Below, piece by piece: positions 35,483 to 48,526 of a stretch of DNA of 64,000 bases. The stretch's first letter is position 1, and each line of letters starts with the position of its first letter. The stretch is taken from NCBI RefSeq assembly GCF_048593235.1, contig NC_133617.1:419286958-419350957 (forward strand), in the 5' to 3' direction. Made by a program: the position numbers and the translations under genes. The notes below the pieces were generated by a model that searched no databases, had not been told where the DNA came from, and was given only the letters and a program-made list of their open reading frames with translations. This DNA comes from Sminthopsis crassicaudata. Its lineage: Eukaryota.

Positions 35483-37677
35483 GGAGTTTCCCTCAAATCA
35501 GAGCAGTTCCCCCAGGAGGCCTTTGCTTTGGGCCTGGGCTGGGGGTCCTGGGCACATCTGGAAAGTAAGAAGAAAAGGAAGTTAGTTTACTGTTGAATGT
35601 CCCAGACTTGCTCCCTGAATTACCCCCAATCATTGGAAACAGAAGGTGAGTAAGATCACACCTGTGATTTTCAAATCCACATACACCCCTTTGCACTTTA
35701 GGCCTACATACCCAGCTGCTCCAAAGACCACTCCATACTGAACAGACCCCTAAAATAAAACTAACCTTTAGCCTGAATTTCTCATCCTTAATCATCTCTA
35801 TTTCTTTCCATGGCAACATCCTCTTCCTAAACCGAGTCAAGAAATCTATTCATCTTTCCTCCTTCAAATTGACCTTTCAATATTCCCAGGGCTACCAACC
35901 TAGCAATCTATTTTACAATCTGTTGATGCAATCTCCCCTTACCAAGTTTCCCTGCCTCTAGTCTCCCCTCACTCCACGCTGCTATCTGACAACCCTTCTC
36001 AAAACTCATGTCATCCCAAGTTCAAGAATCTATGATGCTTCCCTAAAGCTTCCAATATCAAATCCACACAGCCTTCCACTGACTGGCTTTCTTCATCTTT
36101 CTCCAACTTTACCTCTCCCCAACACATAGATTCCAGTCAAGCAGAAACAATCTATTTACAGCTTTCTTTTCTGTTCCCTTGCCTTCAATACCCATTTTGA
36201 TTTTACATTTCATAAGACCAGAGATTTAGAGCTGGAAGGGACGTGGAGTTTAAGTCCTTTGTTTTACAGAAGAACAGAGAAGTTGATTCCTTTAAGGCCA
36301 CAAAAGCTGGTGTTTTAAAGCAAGACAAACAAGTCTTCCTGACTAAACTCATTGCTCTATTTTCCATTATTCCACCCAACTGCTGTTCCACCTAGGCAGA
36401 AAACTCATCCTCTTCTCTACCTTCTTCAGTTCTTAAGACTTCTTCAAGATCAGAACAATATTCATGTCTTCAAAACCTTCCCAAATTCACTATCCTATAA
36501 TGTACCTCTTTAGCCATTCAGCATACAGCTTGTGCCACATTTCCCTTTGAATCTTTGCCCGTAGATCATCTTATACTTGGTCTCAATTGTTTCATCCAGT
36601 TATAGTTTTTTTCCCCCCCTGTTAAATCAGTTCAATATTAAGTTCCTACTTTGTGCAGGGCACTGTGCTAGGCACTCTGGTGAATATAAATATTAAAGAG
36701 ACATGGCTCCTGCCGACTGTCAATAAGCTTCCAATCTAGTTGGGAGGGGAAGGAAATGATTGTAATACAAATAAACATGAGATTAGAATAATTGCTATGA
36801 GAAAGCATAAAAAGGTTATTTCCAAGGGTAGGATTTATTTATTTTTGTATAGGAAAGGTGGTGATATAAGGAGAAAGGGAAAATCATGGAAAGCATCATG
36901 GAAGCACTAATAACCTAAACTGGGCTTTAATGGAGGAAAGGGATTTGAATAGTCATTGGGGGGGATAAGGAGATACAATGCACTATAGGCAGAGAAGACA
37001 GTATGACCAAAGGCAATGAGAACAAGAAGAATTAAGAGTTTTGATGGAAGGCTAGCATATAAAAAGAAATGGAAAACATGACCCACAAAAGAAGCCTAGG
37101 GTCCAATTTCTGAGGTTCTAGAACACCAGTTAAAAGATTTTAGACTGTTAGAAAGCAATGAAGATCCTTAAAAGTGTTTCAGAGACTACGTGTCTCATTC
37201 CTCCTGCATTTCCTTAATAAGAAATGCAGAGAATGTAAAAATCCCTCACAACACTCTCCTTGAGCCATTCAACGTAACATCTTTTTATTCCAATGTTTGT
37301 CTTTTCATATGGTAGTCTCCTAACCTAAAATGCCTTTTCTACTAATCTAAGTACAATATATGTCTTTGAGTCTAACTTCAAATTCACTACCTCCAGAAAG
37401 CTTAGTTAATTCCACTTTCCCTGTTGCCATTACTCTTATCTACTTCAGTCATAGAAAACTATCATCCATAACACAGCCAGGTCCCAGTTAATTTGAATAA
37501 TGAATTCCCTCCCTAGAAAGATTCCATGCATCTGAATCCAAACTTATTGGAAGTTATAATATGTAACTCTTTGTCGTTTGGAAATATACAGTGTGAATTT
37601 AAATAATGCAGCTACTTGGGGGAGGGGAAGAGAAAAAGGAGGAATCATTGCCACTAAATAAGGACTTGGATGCAGAT

Positions 37678-37837
37678 TTTTTTTTTTTTTTTTTTTTTTT
37701 GCTGAGGCAATTGGGGTTAAGTGACTTGCCCGGGGTCACACAGCTAGGAAGTGTTAAGTGTCTGAGGTCACATTTGAACTCAGGTCCTCCTGACTTCAGG
37801 GCTGGTGCTCTATCCACTGAGACACCTAGCTGCCCCA
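37678..37837 (-). mobile_element. Young WSINE1-type SINE
   Basis: Long poly-T tail, intact A/B boxes, TSD GATGCAGAT (37669-37677 and 37838-37846). Confidence 0.88.
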
Positions 37838-40403
37838 GATGCAGATGGTTTTGCTGGTTTCTTCCTAAGTCCTGTCTTTCCATCTAGACTGGAAATTCCT
37901 TGAGGGTAAGCACTATGTCTTTTCTGTACACAGTCAACTCCACACTTAGCAAAAGGCTCTGTGGCTCCTCTTCATACAAGGTGGATAATCAGTAAACAGG
38001 GAATTGGCCTCGACCCAGGAGGATTTTCAGAGTAAGGAAGAAATCCAATCCCTCTCCTGGAGGAGAAAAATAGCTTAATTTGAGCGTCTATCCATCTTTC
38101 TGAGACCCAGCACTCACCACGCTGCAGGGGGGCCCTTGCCTGGCTTTCTAATCCCCCTTTCCAACTGCTCTTCACTAGCTGGAAGTCTGGCCCATGCCCA
38201 CTCCACTGGCACGGTCACTGCCACCATCCCGGGCAGCTCCTTGGCTCAAATGGGACTCTAAAGAGAAAAGCAAAGAGATCAGTCAGGATTCAAGTCAGGG
38301 CCACAAGGCCAGGCTTTCTGTAACCCAACCTCCCCTCCCTGGGAGAAGGAACTCCCCAGTGACTGCCCCTAAACAGGATTTCTTTTAAGTTATTGAAGAC
38401 AGCATTGAGGAGGATATGACTGCCTTTAAATAGATAAGGGGCTGTCATGTGAAAGAGATTTGGTCATAATTCCAAAGGCCAAATTATTATCACTAGGTAG
38501 AAGTTTCAAGGAGGCTGATTTTGGCTCAGTAGAAATAACTTCCTAACTGGGGTTGTCCAACCACTGAAACAACCAACCTCTAATTGAGACAGTGATTTCA
38601 TTTAAAACGGAGACTGAATATGAACAGGAAAGAGATTCTAACAAGTAGAACTAGCCTAGATGACCTTTTAAGTTCCAGCTCCAAGATTCTATGCCCAGTT
38701 CCAGTGGTGACTGGTATCATGGCCAAGGCTGTCTGCGCCTTAGTTTCCCTACCCCCCTGCTAAGCTCCCCACCACACAGATATACTGCACAAACACACAC
38801 TTTCTCCAGCCAGGTTCCTCCCGTCAGCCTCCAGAAGGAAACTCCATACCTAGAGCCCCAAGGCCATGGAGAGGTCAATTGTCTCCACCACCTCCGCCCC
38901 CTACTTTCCAAGTTGCAAATCTCCAGCCAGTTTTCTTCCTTTCCTAGCCCCACCCCTCCCCCTTCTCCCAGTCCCAGCCGGGCCCGGGGCTCCTCCCAGT
39001 TAGACCCTACCCTACACTTCCCCCACGGGCTTCTCTGGGTTCTCAGGCTCTCTAGGCCTGCGCTCTGCTCTGGCAGGCGAGTTGTCTCTAATAGGCTCCC
39101 AGGCAGCCTGGCTCTTTAACAGGAGGCTCAGATCCCAAGAAGAAAGAAGTTGGGGGGGGGGGAGGTGAGAGAGCTAGGAAAGAGTCCTTCCAGGGCCTGC
39201 CCCTCCCCCCAGGGCACTGTAAACCAAAGATAAGGCAGACCCAGGAGAGGGCAGCAGTGCTGGACGGCAGCCGTAGACACCTAAACCCCACCCCCTCACT
39301 TCAGAGGGGAAGGCCTCCACCCCACCCCAAAACACTCCTAACAAACAACTTCTACTCAGAAGGTGGCTTCTTTAAGCCCCAGGACAACCGTGTTTATTCT
39401 CTAGGAAACTGCCTGCATATTAAACGCAATTTCACACTCACTAATTTGTCCCACATGTACTAGACCCACACCCAACTTCAGCGCCCCTTCCCCCACTCCC
39501 ACCCCCCAATAACCCGTTCACTCAAGAACCTATCGGGAGGGAGCTCTTTAAGGAGTCTCTGGGAATGGGCATCAGGGTTAGGGACTATTTCCCTTCAGGT
39601 CAGGCAAAACTGCCTACCAGCTCCATTTTGTTCCTAATGCAGGTTATGGCTCTCTGCTGGAAGTTAGCCTATCTACCCAAAATAACCTTTTTTTTTTCTT
39701 CTATAAGTCTACTTGCCCTACCTCCTCTATCTTTCCTAATCTTATCTCTTGAAACAATGATCTATTTGGACCACTGCAAGGTGAAAGGAAGTGTAGGACA
39801 AATTGACATGGACTAAGGTCAGTGTTCATGAAGTAGTTGGAAAATGAGCTGGACTCTGAATTATGGGTAGTTTCAATAAGAATTCCTTCTCTGTTAGAAT
39901 CTGATGGTTCTCTAGCAAAATTCAGGATTTTACATTTCTGGGGCACAGGGGAGTCTCCAGAATAAACTGTTTTCCCTCTACTGTGCCTTCTCCTCTCCAG
40001 CCCTAACACACCTTTTCCCAAAGAAGATGCTAAGAGTTCACTGAATTCTTCTCCACCCAGCTAACATATGCCCTGAGGAGAATGTCCTCGGTTTTCTCCC
40101 CAACAGTAATTATTTCTGGTCACACCCCCCACCAGAAACTTCTGACCTTCTGGGGTTAGGGAGCATTCCTCCTGGGGAAGCCAGGTGATGACAAGGTACC
40201 CCAGGTGACCCTTGGCATCTGATCATTACCTCAGTGCCCTTTGGAGTACCAGACCCTTTAACAAGAGGTTCCTGCTTCCCTAAGCACCAAGCCAGTCTGG
40301 ATGTAGACCAGGATTCTAAGCTGACTCATAAGGCCGCTTGGGAGGGGTTCCTCTGTGTGTGGGGGAGGGAGGATGGGATTTAGTGGAGAGGCATGGACCT
40401 CAC

Positions 40404-40561
40404 CCTCTTTGCAGGAGGTGGGAGCCCAGAAACACCAGCTGGTGTCTAACAGCTGTGCCAGTCTGTGGACTGCAAGGACTGCAGCTCCCAGCATGCCATG
40501 AGCATGTCACCAAGGAGGACTACAAGTCCCAGAACACCATGGAAACAGCACTTTCAGACAC
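40404..40561 (-). other. ATOSB: Candidate ATOSB 5'UTR exon (158 nt)
   Basis: Pyrimidine tract plus CAGCAG acceptor at 40562 and AGG|GTGAGG donor at 40403. It lies between the proximal promoter and the coding exon. Confidence 0.55.
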
Positions 40562-41199
40562 CTGCTGGGGCCAAAGTGAGAAGTATTGGGGGAGGGCAGA
40601 GCAGGAGCCTAGTCCCAGCCTCTTCCTTCCTTCCCCTCCCCATAAACATTAAACCGGCCCACTTCTGCTCTTGACCAAGTCAGCAAAGAAGGGGGTGGGG
40701 GAGGGGAGAGGAGAGAATATGGAGAATGGCTCTGCTACCAGATCAGTCAGGGGAAGCACACGTTCAAAGAGAGCTAACTGGCTTTCCCCAGGATTACTCG
40801 TTTCCAGCTAGAGGGGCTGGTCCCACTCTATACCTTCCTCCTTGCTCCTGAATCTCATTCTCCTTTATCCATCTAGAATAATACAACCTTCCACCAACAT
40901 TCCAGGATCCCCAGTGTGAACTTCTAATTCCCCTCCTCCATTTCCACAAACCCCAAGTTTCCCAGGCCCCCATTTTCTGCTGTTATCCCTACACCCCAGT
41001 CTTTCCCCCCAGATCAGACCACCGGGTCACTTTTCTCATCTCGGTCCCTTCAGGTTCCCGACCCAAGCCCCCAGGGTGGATTTGCAATCCTAACTTCCCT
41101 CTCATTCCAACCTCTCCGGTCATCCTTCAGCCTCTTCAGGACAGATCTTCCATTAGGCCTTCTGACTCTTCGAGCTCCTTAGACTTGATCTCGGCAGGT

Positions 41200-41840
41200 T
41201 ATACCCCACACCGGTCTCAGAACCCTCCCCCACCCCGTTATCCCATTTCTGAATAGTTCTCCCAGATCGACCCCTGAAACGCATCTTGCAACTCACCCTG
41301 TTCCCAAACTGTCTGAACCGCGGCTGCTGTTGTTGCTGCTCCTCCTGGGTACCCCTCCCCTCTGCTGGCCCCCAACCCAGACAAAGGGTGGATCGGGCTC
41401 AGTCTGTGAAGAGGTACGGCGCTAGCGGGCTCGGTCCCCGGTACTGGCCCCAGCTCTCGCGGCCCCCCAGCTGCTGTCGTGCCCCTCCCAGCCCCAGTCC
41501 CACCCCGGGGCCGCCCCGGCTCCGTGCCGCCGGCTCCGCGGCCCCTCTGACTCACAGGCCATTTCCTACCAGCTGATGGGACCGCCCCGCCCAGCACCCC
41601 CCAGGCTCAGGGCCCGTCCACTGCATCGGACACGCCCCCTCCTCCTGACCACACCCCTTCACCAGGCCCCATCCACGTTCATTGGTCCGTGGGGGGCCGG
41701 CCTCCCCCCGACCTCCGTTGCAACCCCTTCATCAGGCACACCCTCTCCTCCAGTCACACGTCCATTGGTCAGTAGCGGCCAGCCTACTCGGACCAACACC
41801 GCCTCCTAAATTAACCCCTTACCGCCATCGGTTCCCAGTT
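41200..41840 (-). promoter_or_regulatory. ATOSB proximal CpG-island promoter with two CCAAT boxes (ATTGG at 41681 and 41764) and candidate donors GTGAGT at 41555 and 41296
   Basis: CpG-rich, with GC/CACCC boxes and consensus donors on the minus strand. Confidence 0.7.
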
Positions 41841-44800
41841 GAGTGCTTCTCTCTCCCCACCCTTTTACCCTTTTAGGATAAGACAGCATTGAGGGCACAG
41901 AGTCCTAGGTCCCCTGGAACTTGGAGACCTCAGCTCCACTTCATGGCCACCCAGAAGAGAATGGGAGGTCCCTGAATTTTTCAAGACAAACAGATCCTAG
42001 GGAGGGGAACCTGGAGTTTGTCTGACATCTGTCTCTACTAGCCTACTGAGAAAGTTATTTAAACTCTTAGTGCCTCCGGAAATTCTCTACAACTAAATTG
42101 CAAAACACTTGTTAATTTGCATTGATAGAGGGAGTTCCCTCACCTGAAGTGCCTCACACTTAAGAAACCCTAAGTCTGGACAAAATGGAAGGCTGATTCT
42201 TTGCATAGGCAGAGCCCTCTCTGACCTTTTAGTCTTCTGATGTGCCCCTCTCAGCATAAAACTCTGGAGCCTGTGGGCGACTGACCTCACCGAGCTCCTC
42301 CCCTCACCGAGCTCCTCTAGACCATACTGACCAAGCTGGAGGTGAGGTTCTAACTCCCAAATAAGAAAAGGAGTTACTCAGAGTGGACCCCACTTCTATC
42401 TCCATCACATCGTCAACAATAACTATAAGGGACAGCTTTGTTTTGGGGTCCAACCCAGTCCAGAATTGGAAGAGAAGGATGGGAAGAAGGAAGAGTAAGA
42501 GGGGGAGACGGGGAAAGAATAAAAGGACCCGAATTCCAAGATTAAAACGCTCCAGACCCAACAATAATTTCCTAACTTGCACTAGAAATTTTGGTCATAG
42601 GCCCTGAGGAATATACCTAGATAGTATAGAGCAGTTGGGGAAAGGAGGAAGAGGACTCATAGCATCATCAAAGCAGGAGGAAACTGGAGAAGCGGCCCAG
42701 CTCTCAGTGGTGGAGCTCACCCCCATGACTCACAGCTCCCTCGAAACTCTCCACCCTTTATCTACCTGAGTCACCAAGGCCTCAGGCTTAGCCCCAGCCT
42801 GGAAAGATTAAATGACAGGGCAGCCCTCAATTTTAACCAAGTGTCCTCTCCTTCCCTTACCATGTGTCCCCTTTTTTCCAAAGGTAGTTCTACATAAAAG
42901 CCCCCACTTGGTTCTGGTTTGAGGGGTAGAGGAAGCCTTCTGGCAAAGCTCAAATATGAATCTGCAAAAAACTCAAGGGGGAAAAAGTTTAGAGCAAAGG
43001 AAGAATAAAGAGAAAAGTAATTATCCCCTTTCAAAAGCCAAAACTCTTCTCCATCAATCTAGGAATGCTGAAGTGCCCTCGACCAGCTGTGACTCAATAG
43101 TATTGAGAGATCAGTGGCCTGGCTCCAAAGGCTTTATTTAGGAAAACAAAGGTCATTTCAGGGGCAAGTAAGGAGATCTCAAGAACCTATTTCTTCCTAG
43201 CACCCCTTGACATTATCCTTCAAATATTCTCTAGAACCTAGTCTTGACATTATTTTTCACACACACTTTTACTGAATTCATCAGCTCTCTCCCTGATGGA
43301 ATATTCAGAGAGGAAAAAGCTTTAGTTTAGGATTTTCTATCCAGTGGGATAACACAGAGAACAGAAAAGGTTCATCCTTTCTCCTTGCCCTGCTAATGAC
43401 TCCACTTCGACAGGCACCAGAGTCTGGCCTCAAGTAGTATCAATAATGCTGATGCAAGAGAGGCCCAGAAAAAGGAAGATGTTGAATGGGAAGCCTGAGG
43501 GAAGGCAGAGAAGTCAGGGTAGGTTCCCTAACAAGTAAGGAGGAAATCTGAAAGAAAAAGAACCTTTCTTTGCATTAGGGTTAGAGAAACCTATTTCTGA
43601 TAAAGTCTTAGTTTCTGCTCAGTCAGATCCTACTCCCCAGCCACCCAAGGGTCCCAGGAGAGGGGAATATTTTACTTTCTACTGTCTATGCAGAAGGAAG
43701 AAAAGGAAGCAATCCTTAATATATCCAGGCTTTCACCCTGGTCTGGGAGAAGGCAGAACAAAAGCTGACTCTCAGCCATCTTGGTCTTGCTTAACCCATC
43801 CTACAACAGCAAAGAAGAGGGCCAGAGAAACTCACTTCCCCTTAGATTACCCCAATTCAGAAATTCAATTTTCCTTAGTAGGATGGATCCTCAGTAGGAG
43901 ATCCTGCTCCCAAGAAGATATAATCTAGAACTATCTTCTCCCCCACTGCTCACCCCATCCTCAAATCTGGTATGACTGAAGTAAATCTCACTGAAAAGAT
44001 ACTGCTCTCTCCTCAAGGGCATGCCTATGCAGTCCTCAAGCCAGTTTCATGTACTTATCCAACTCTGCTTGTTCCAATCTAGTTCTACTTTTTCTATGGT
44101 CATTTAAAAGTAGAATAACAACCTGTTTAGGGAAAAAGATAGAGATGCTACCTGAGCATCAGTCCCTGCTTTGTTATTATCTTGACTTTGAACAAATTAT
44201 TTCTTCTCTCTGGGCTTGTTTCCTCGTCTTTAAAATAGGATGTTAGACTAGATAATCACACACTTCACTAACCATTATCTCATTTGAAACTTAGCACAAT
44301 CCTAAAAGATAAGGTGGCCAAAACACTAATTATTTTCATTTTATACATGATCCCTAAAGGTCCCTTTGAGCTTTAAATTCTATCATACTCTAAGCTACCC
44401 ATTGCCTAACAAGATATTCAGTACTGTCTGTCCTTCCCATATGCAAAAAAAAAAAAATAAATAAAAATAAAAAATAGTAAAACATTTAGGTAAGCTGCTT
44501 AATCCTGTCTACCCCATTCTCTAGCAAGAGACCAATGCTGCTAACATTGTCTAAGAGGTCTCTGATGCCCTGTTTATTTGGGCAACCTGTGCATTCCCCA
44601 GAAGCTTATGAACCTGGTGGTCAGGCTATCACTATTCTCTTCCAGTGGCCCCCCTTCCCCCAATAAGAAAGTCAGAAAAATCTATCTGCCCTGGGCCCAC
44701 CCTCTAGAAGAGACAGTCAGGGAAGCAGTGTTGCCATGGCAATCTGTTCGTCCTTATCAGGCCTCAGCCTATTTCCCCCCCCCCCCACCAACCTGCCCCC

Positions 44801-47029
44801 CCCTTTTGTTTGGGTCTAGGGCAGTCTTGTCATGTCACTGACACCACAGGCTGCCTTAAACATTATTCATCTCTTCAAAATCATCTCTTCCTCCCAGTTA
44901 GAATCCTTCCTCATCCGTTACCACCCCCCCAATGCAAAAAGGGAAAATCCTTTTTATGACCTTAAGAGCCTTCAGTACCATCCCAAAGTCTCCATAGGGA
45001 TCCAAAAGGGTTCACACACTAAGGGCAAATAGGGCCACACATTACAACCAATAATGATTCTTGTTGGGTGGGTGGGAGGAGAGAAGAGTTTGTCAAAAAA
45101 AAAAAATGCAACTTCTTTTTATAGCTGAGGTTGAGAGCTCACCTCTCTTCTAGGACTCATGTTCTAAGGAAAAAGAACTTCTCACTTAGAGAACATAAGC
45201 TTCAATGTCTTCCACAAGGGCCCAGTGGAGCTGAGTGAGTATTCAGCAAGTGGTAGAGACCAGATTTCTATGCAGGGAGTTCCTGGCCAGGAGAGGTCTG
45301 CTGCAGTGAAGAGGACTGGGCCCTATGGACACAAGCTTGGGATTATGGGAAGAGTACTATTAGATTTGGGGTCAAAATACTGTGTGTGAATCCTGGCTCT
45401 GCCATTTACTACCTGTATGACTTTTGGCAAGTCATATTACTTCTCTAGGCCTCAGTTTCCCCATCTGTAAAATGAGGGGAGGGGCGGTTCTAGATGACCT
45501 CTAAGGGTTTCCTTCCATCTGTGGATCCAGTGATGTTACCAGGGTCTCTGGGCCCCAGACACCTGAAAACAAAGCTTGCCCAGGGAGGGCAAGAACCAGT
45601 CAAGTCCTAGGGCAAGGAAGGAAGTGGCAAATGAACACACCCAGAACAAAGGGGCAGGGCAAAGGAAGGCCAGGGGCAGGGGGCAGGGAGGACAGGGACC
45701 AAGGCAGACATCAATGAGGAGCAGACACAGGGGGCTAAGAGCCTCTTAAGAGGACCTGGGTGGGATTGAGATTAGGACTAGGTAGAAAATGGAAGGTGAC
45801 ATAGGATGGGTTGAAGAACAGATGTTGGGCAGGTGAGAGGGAGCGGGCTCCTTAGAGATTCCATGGACCCAAAAAGCAACTTTAGTCATTATTGGATAAT
45901 CTCACAGTTGACAGAAGATCATCTCCCATGCCTTATTTAGGGGAAACAGACAGAGTCCCCCCCAGGGGCAACAGGTCTCACCCATGTGAGAGCTCAGCAC
46001 CCCCCCAGGCGAGTGGGGCTTTGTGCTGAAAGCATCTTCTCCCTCCCTGGCCGGGGGTTCCATGAGTACTGGGAGCTGAGGAGAAAGCAGGGGCACTTTG
46101 TGGACACAAAGCTTGCTAACTTCTACCACCCTCCCTCCCCCCTTACCAGGTTCCTACAAATGCTCACCTTTTCATTCCAGATGCATTCCTCCCCCCCTTC
46201 CCTTCTACTTCCCTCTTCCTCCTACACCCCCCCTCATTTTCCGCAAGCACATCCCGCCTCCCCATTACTTTGTTCTTGTAACTTCCCACAAGAGGCCTTC
46301 CAGAATATCCCTGATAACGAAATACTGCCCCACTGCTCGGCTCTTTCTGCTATATTTACTCTAACTCTCCAACTCCCTCTCTTTTGCCATAAAACCTTCG
46401 CCTTCCAAGTCAGAGCTTCTTACTTAGTTCCCCCTCTCCCTCACACAAAGAGACCCCTTCTCTTCAGAGTTGTCCCAGAGGAATTTTCTTCTACCTTTCA
46501 GAGTCACATGGCCACCCCAAGCACCGCTCACCGCCCCTTCCAGTGCACTAGGACTGAGACCCCTCTCCTCACACAGCTGACCCCACCTTTCACAAACCCC
46601 TCCTCTCCTCTTCCTAGCGTTCTATTTACGGATTCCTTTTGTCATACAGACACCCTCTGCCTCTTTCAAATAGCCTTCCCATTTCACTCCCCAGTCCTCC
46701 CCATGGTCCAGGGATGCCCCCTTAGAATCCCCTCACAGCCCGTTCTCCGCCTTTAGTGCCCACCTCCATAGCCCCCCTTCCTCCCCTCCAGTCCCATCAG
46801 ACCCTCCCCTTTCTATCCCAGATCTCCTACAGACCCCTCCCCTTCCTTACACAGTACCCCACCCCTTCCCTTCCTCAAAGCCCCTTGGATCCCCTCCCCC
46901 TCCAGCTTTCTCACAGAGCCTTTTCCTACCCAGCCTGCTCCCATCCATTCCCTCCCCTTTATCCAACAGCACCCTCCATCCTTCCCTCCCTCACCTGTAG
47001 CTCCAATGGTCGATCCCTTTGCACCTAGT

Positions 47030-47900
47030 GAGGGACAGGGACGAGAGAATAGGGGGTTGGGGGCGGTTACTGAGCAGCCGCAGCCTCCGCCACCTAGCCC
47101 CGCCCTTCCCCTCCCCCAGGTCCGCCCCTTCCCCCTCCCCCAGGTCCGCCCCTTCCCTTCCTTCCTCCCTTCCCCCAGCCACGCCCCTCCCCCAGCAGGC
47201 CCCCCCCCCCTCCAGTCCCGGGGCCGTCCATCCCTCTATCCGATGGGCCCCACCCTGCTCCCTCGGACCCCGCCCCTCTGCCCGAGCTCCGCCCCACTTC
47301 CCGGAGCTCGGGCTGATGGCTGGGAGGACTCGGCCTTTCTGGGCTCACCCTTGGGCTAGGTCGGGGCTTGGCTGGGCTCTGCGGCTCTTGATTGACGGCA
47401 GTGGTCCCGCGGCCCAAGCCGGCCTCCTGCTGTGTTCAACCAATCGGCAGCCGAGGAGCGGCAGCGACACACGGGGACTGCCTCAGGTCCCGCCCCGGCC
47501 ACGTGCGGCTTCTGTGATGACAGGTTGGGAGGGGGTGGGGCCTGGCCTTTGAGAGCTGAGCAGTGCCCCAGTGGGTGTGGCTTGAGGCCGGGATCCTGCG
47601 GACTGTGCTCTGGGTGTCCAGGCCCAGTGTAGGTGTGTTGCCTGGGACTCCCAGGTGAACTGGAGCACGAGTCTGCCTGTTCCCCCTCTGCATCGCCCCT
47701 CAGACTGGTGCATACAGGTTAGGAACGCACTAAGGAGAGATTCAGGTTGTAACCAGGGCTCTTAACAGGCGTAGGCTGCGATTTATTCCTCAGATTAGCT
47801 CAGGTCCACCCGTTCCATTTGGAGGCGCTCCCCTTTGGAGCTGTAATTTCTGGCTGGGTCTCCGTTTGAGGCCGAGGTTTTTGTTTACGTGGGAAACGCT
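47030..47900 (-). promoter_or_regulatory. ATOSB distal CpG-island promoter (CCAAT near 47441, GC box near 47489, E-box CACGTG 47500; candidate donor AAGG|GTGAGC at 47348)
   Basis: CpG island upstream of ATOSB. Motifs were read directly; the assignment to ATOSB is by position. Confidence 0.6.
47099..47158. repeat. Short tandem repeat CCGCCCCTTCCC(CC)TCCCCCAGGT, about 2.5 copies
   Basis: Units of 22 and 24 nt plus a partial third unit. Confidence 0.8.
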
Positions 47901-48526
47901 AAAATCTGACAACTGAATGAGCTGAACTCCTCTTAGTACAATTCCTTAAATTTTTGAAGATGAAGACATCTGGCACTCAGAAACCTCCAGTGACTGGCCT
48001 GTGGCCGCACAGGTCCCAAGCCTAATGGTTATCGAGTTCTTTTTCACTGCACCATGCAATTCAACAAGCTTTTATTGGGTTACTTCTGTGTGCATGAAGC
48101 CCCGTCCTCATGGTAGGGATCTACTCTATGCTCAAATGAAAAGCAACTTAGCTTTGCCTCCCCAGGAGCTTGCATCGGAATTAGAGGAGGTAAGACAGGC
48201 ACTAATAAAAATGATACATGAAAAGTGTTAAGCAAGAACAAAAAGGCCTACGGACCAGTAACTTTGCGATTTTTCTTTTTGTGGACTCCTTTCTAACACT
48301 TAAAAATTCAGTCTTTCCCACTTAGTATTCTTCCTACTACAACAACTGCATCTATGAAAAGGAAAAATGTGTGCAAGAAACATGTATACACACACATATA
48401 TATGTATTTTCAGGCGATGGGAAATATTTGTTTACTCATTATACTGAGGCATCTAATGAGAGAGTCTTGGTCCACCTCCACCCCCTCGGCCTCTGGTATA
48501 GGCCCATAATCCACAGGGTGGCCAAG

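Noticed and set aside
37678-37837. tRNA-like A/B boxes in this and other SINE heads
   Set aside because: They are part of tRNA-derived SINEs with CORE domain and A-tail, not tRNA genes.
42383-42607. Arg/Lys-rich ORF (RRMGRRKSKRGRRGKNKR), superficially protamine-like
   Set aside because: Non-ATG start, arises from a purine-rich tract, and has no supporting gene structure.
45986-46756. 256-aa plus-strand ORF
   Set aside because: Non-ATG start and a Pro/Ser/Leu/Phe-biased product explained by the pyrimidine tract.
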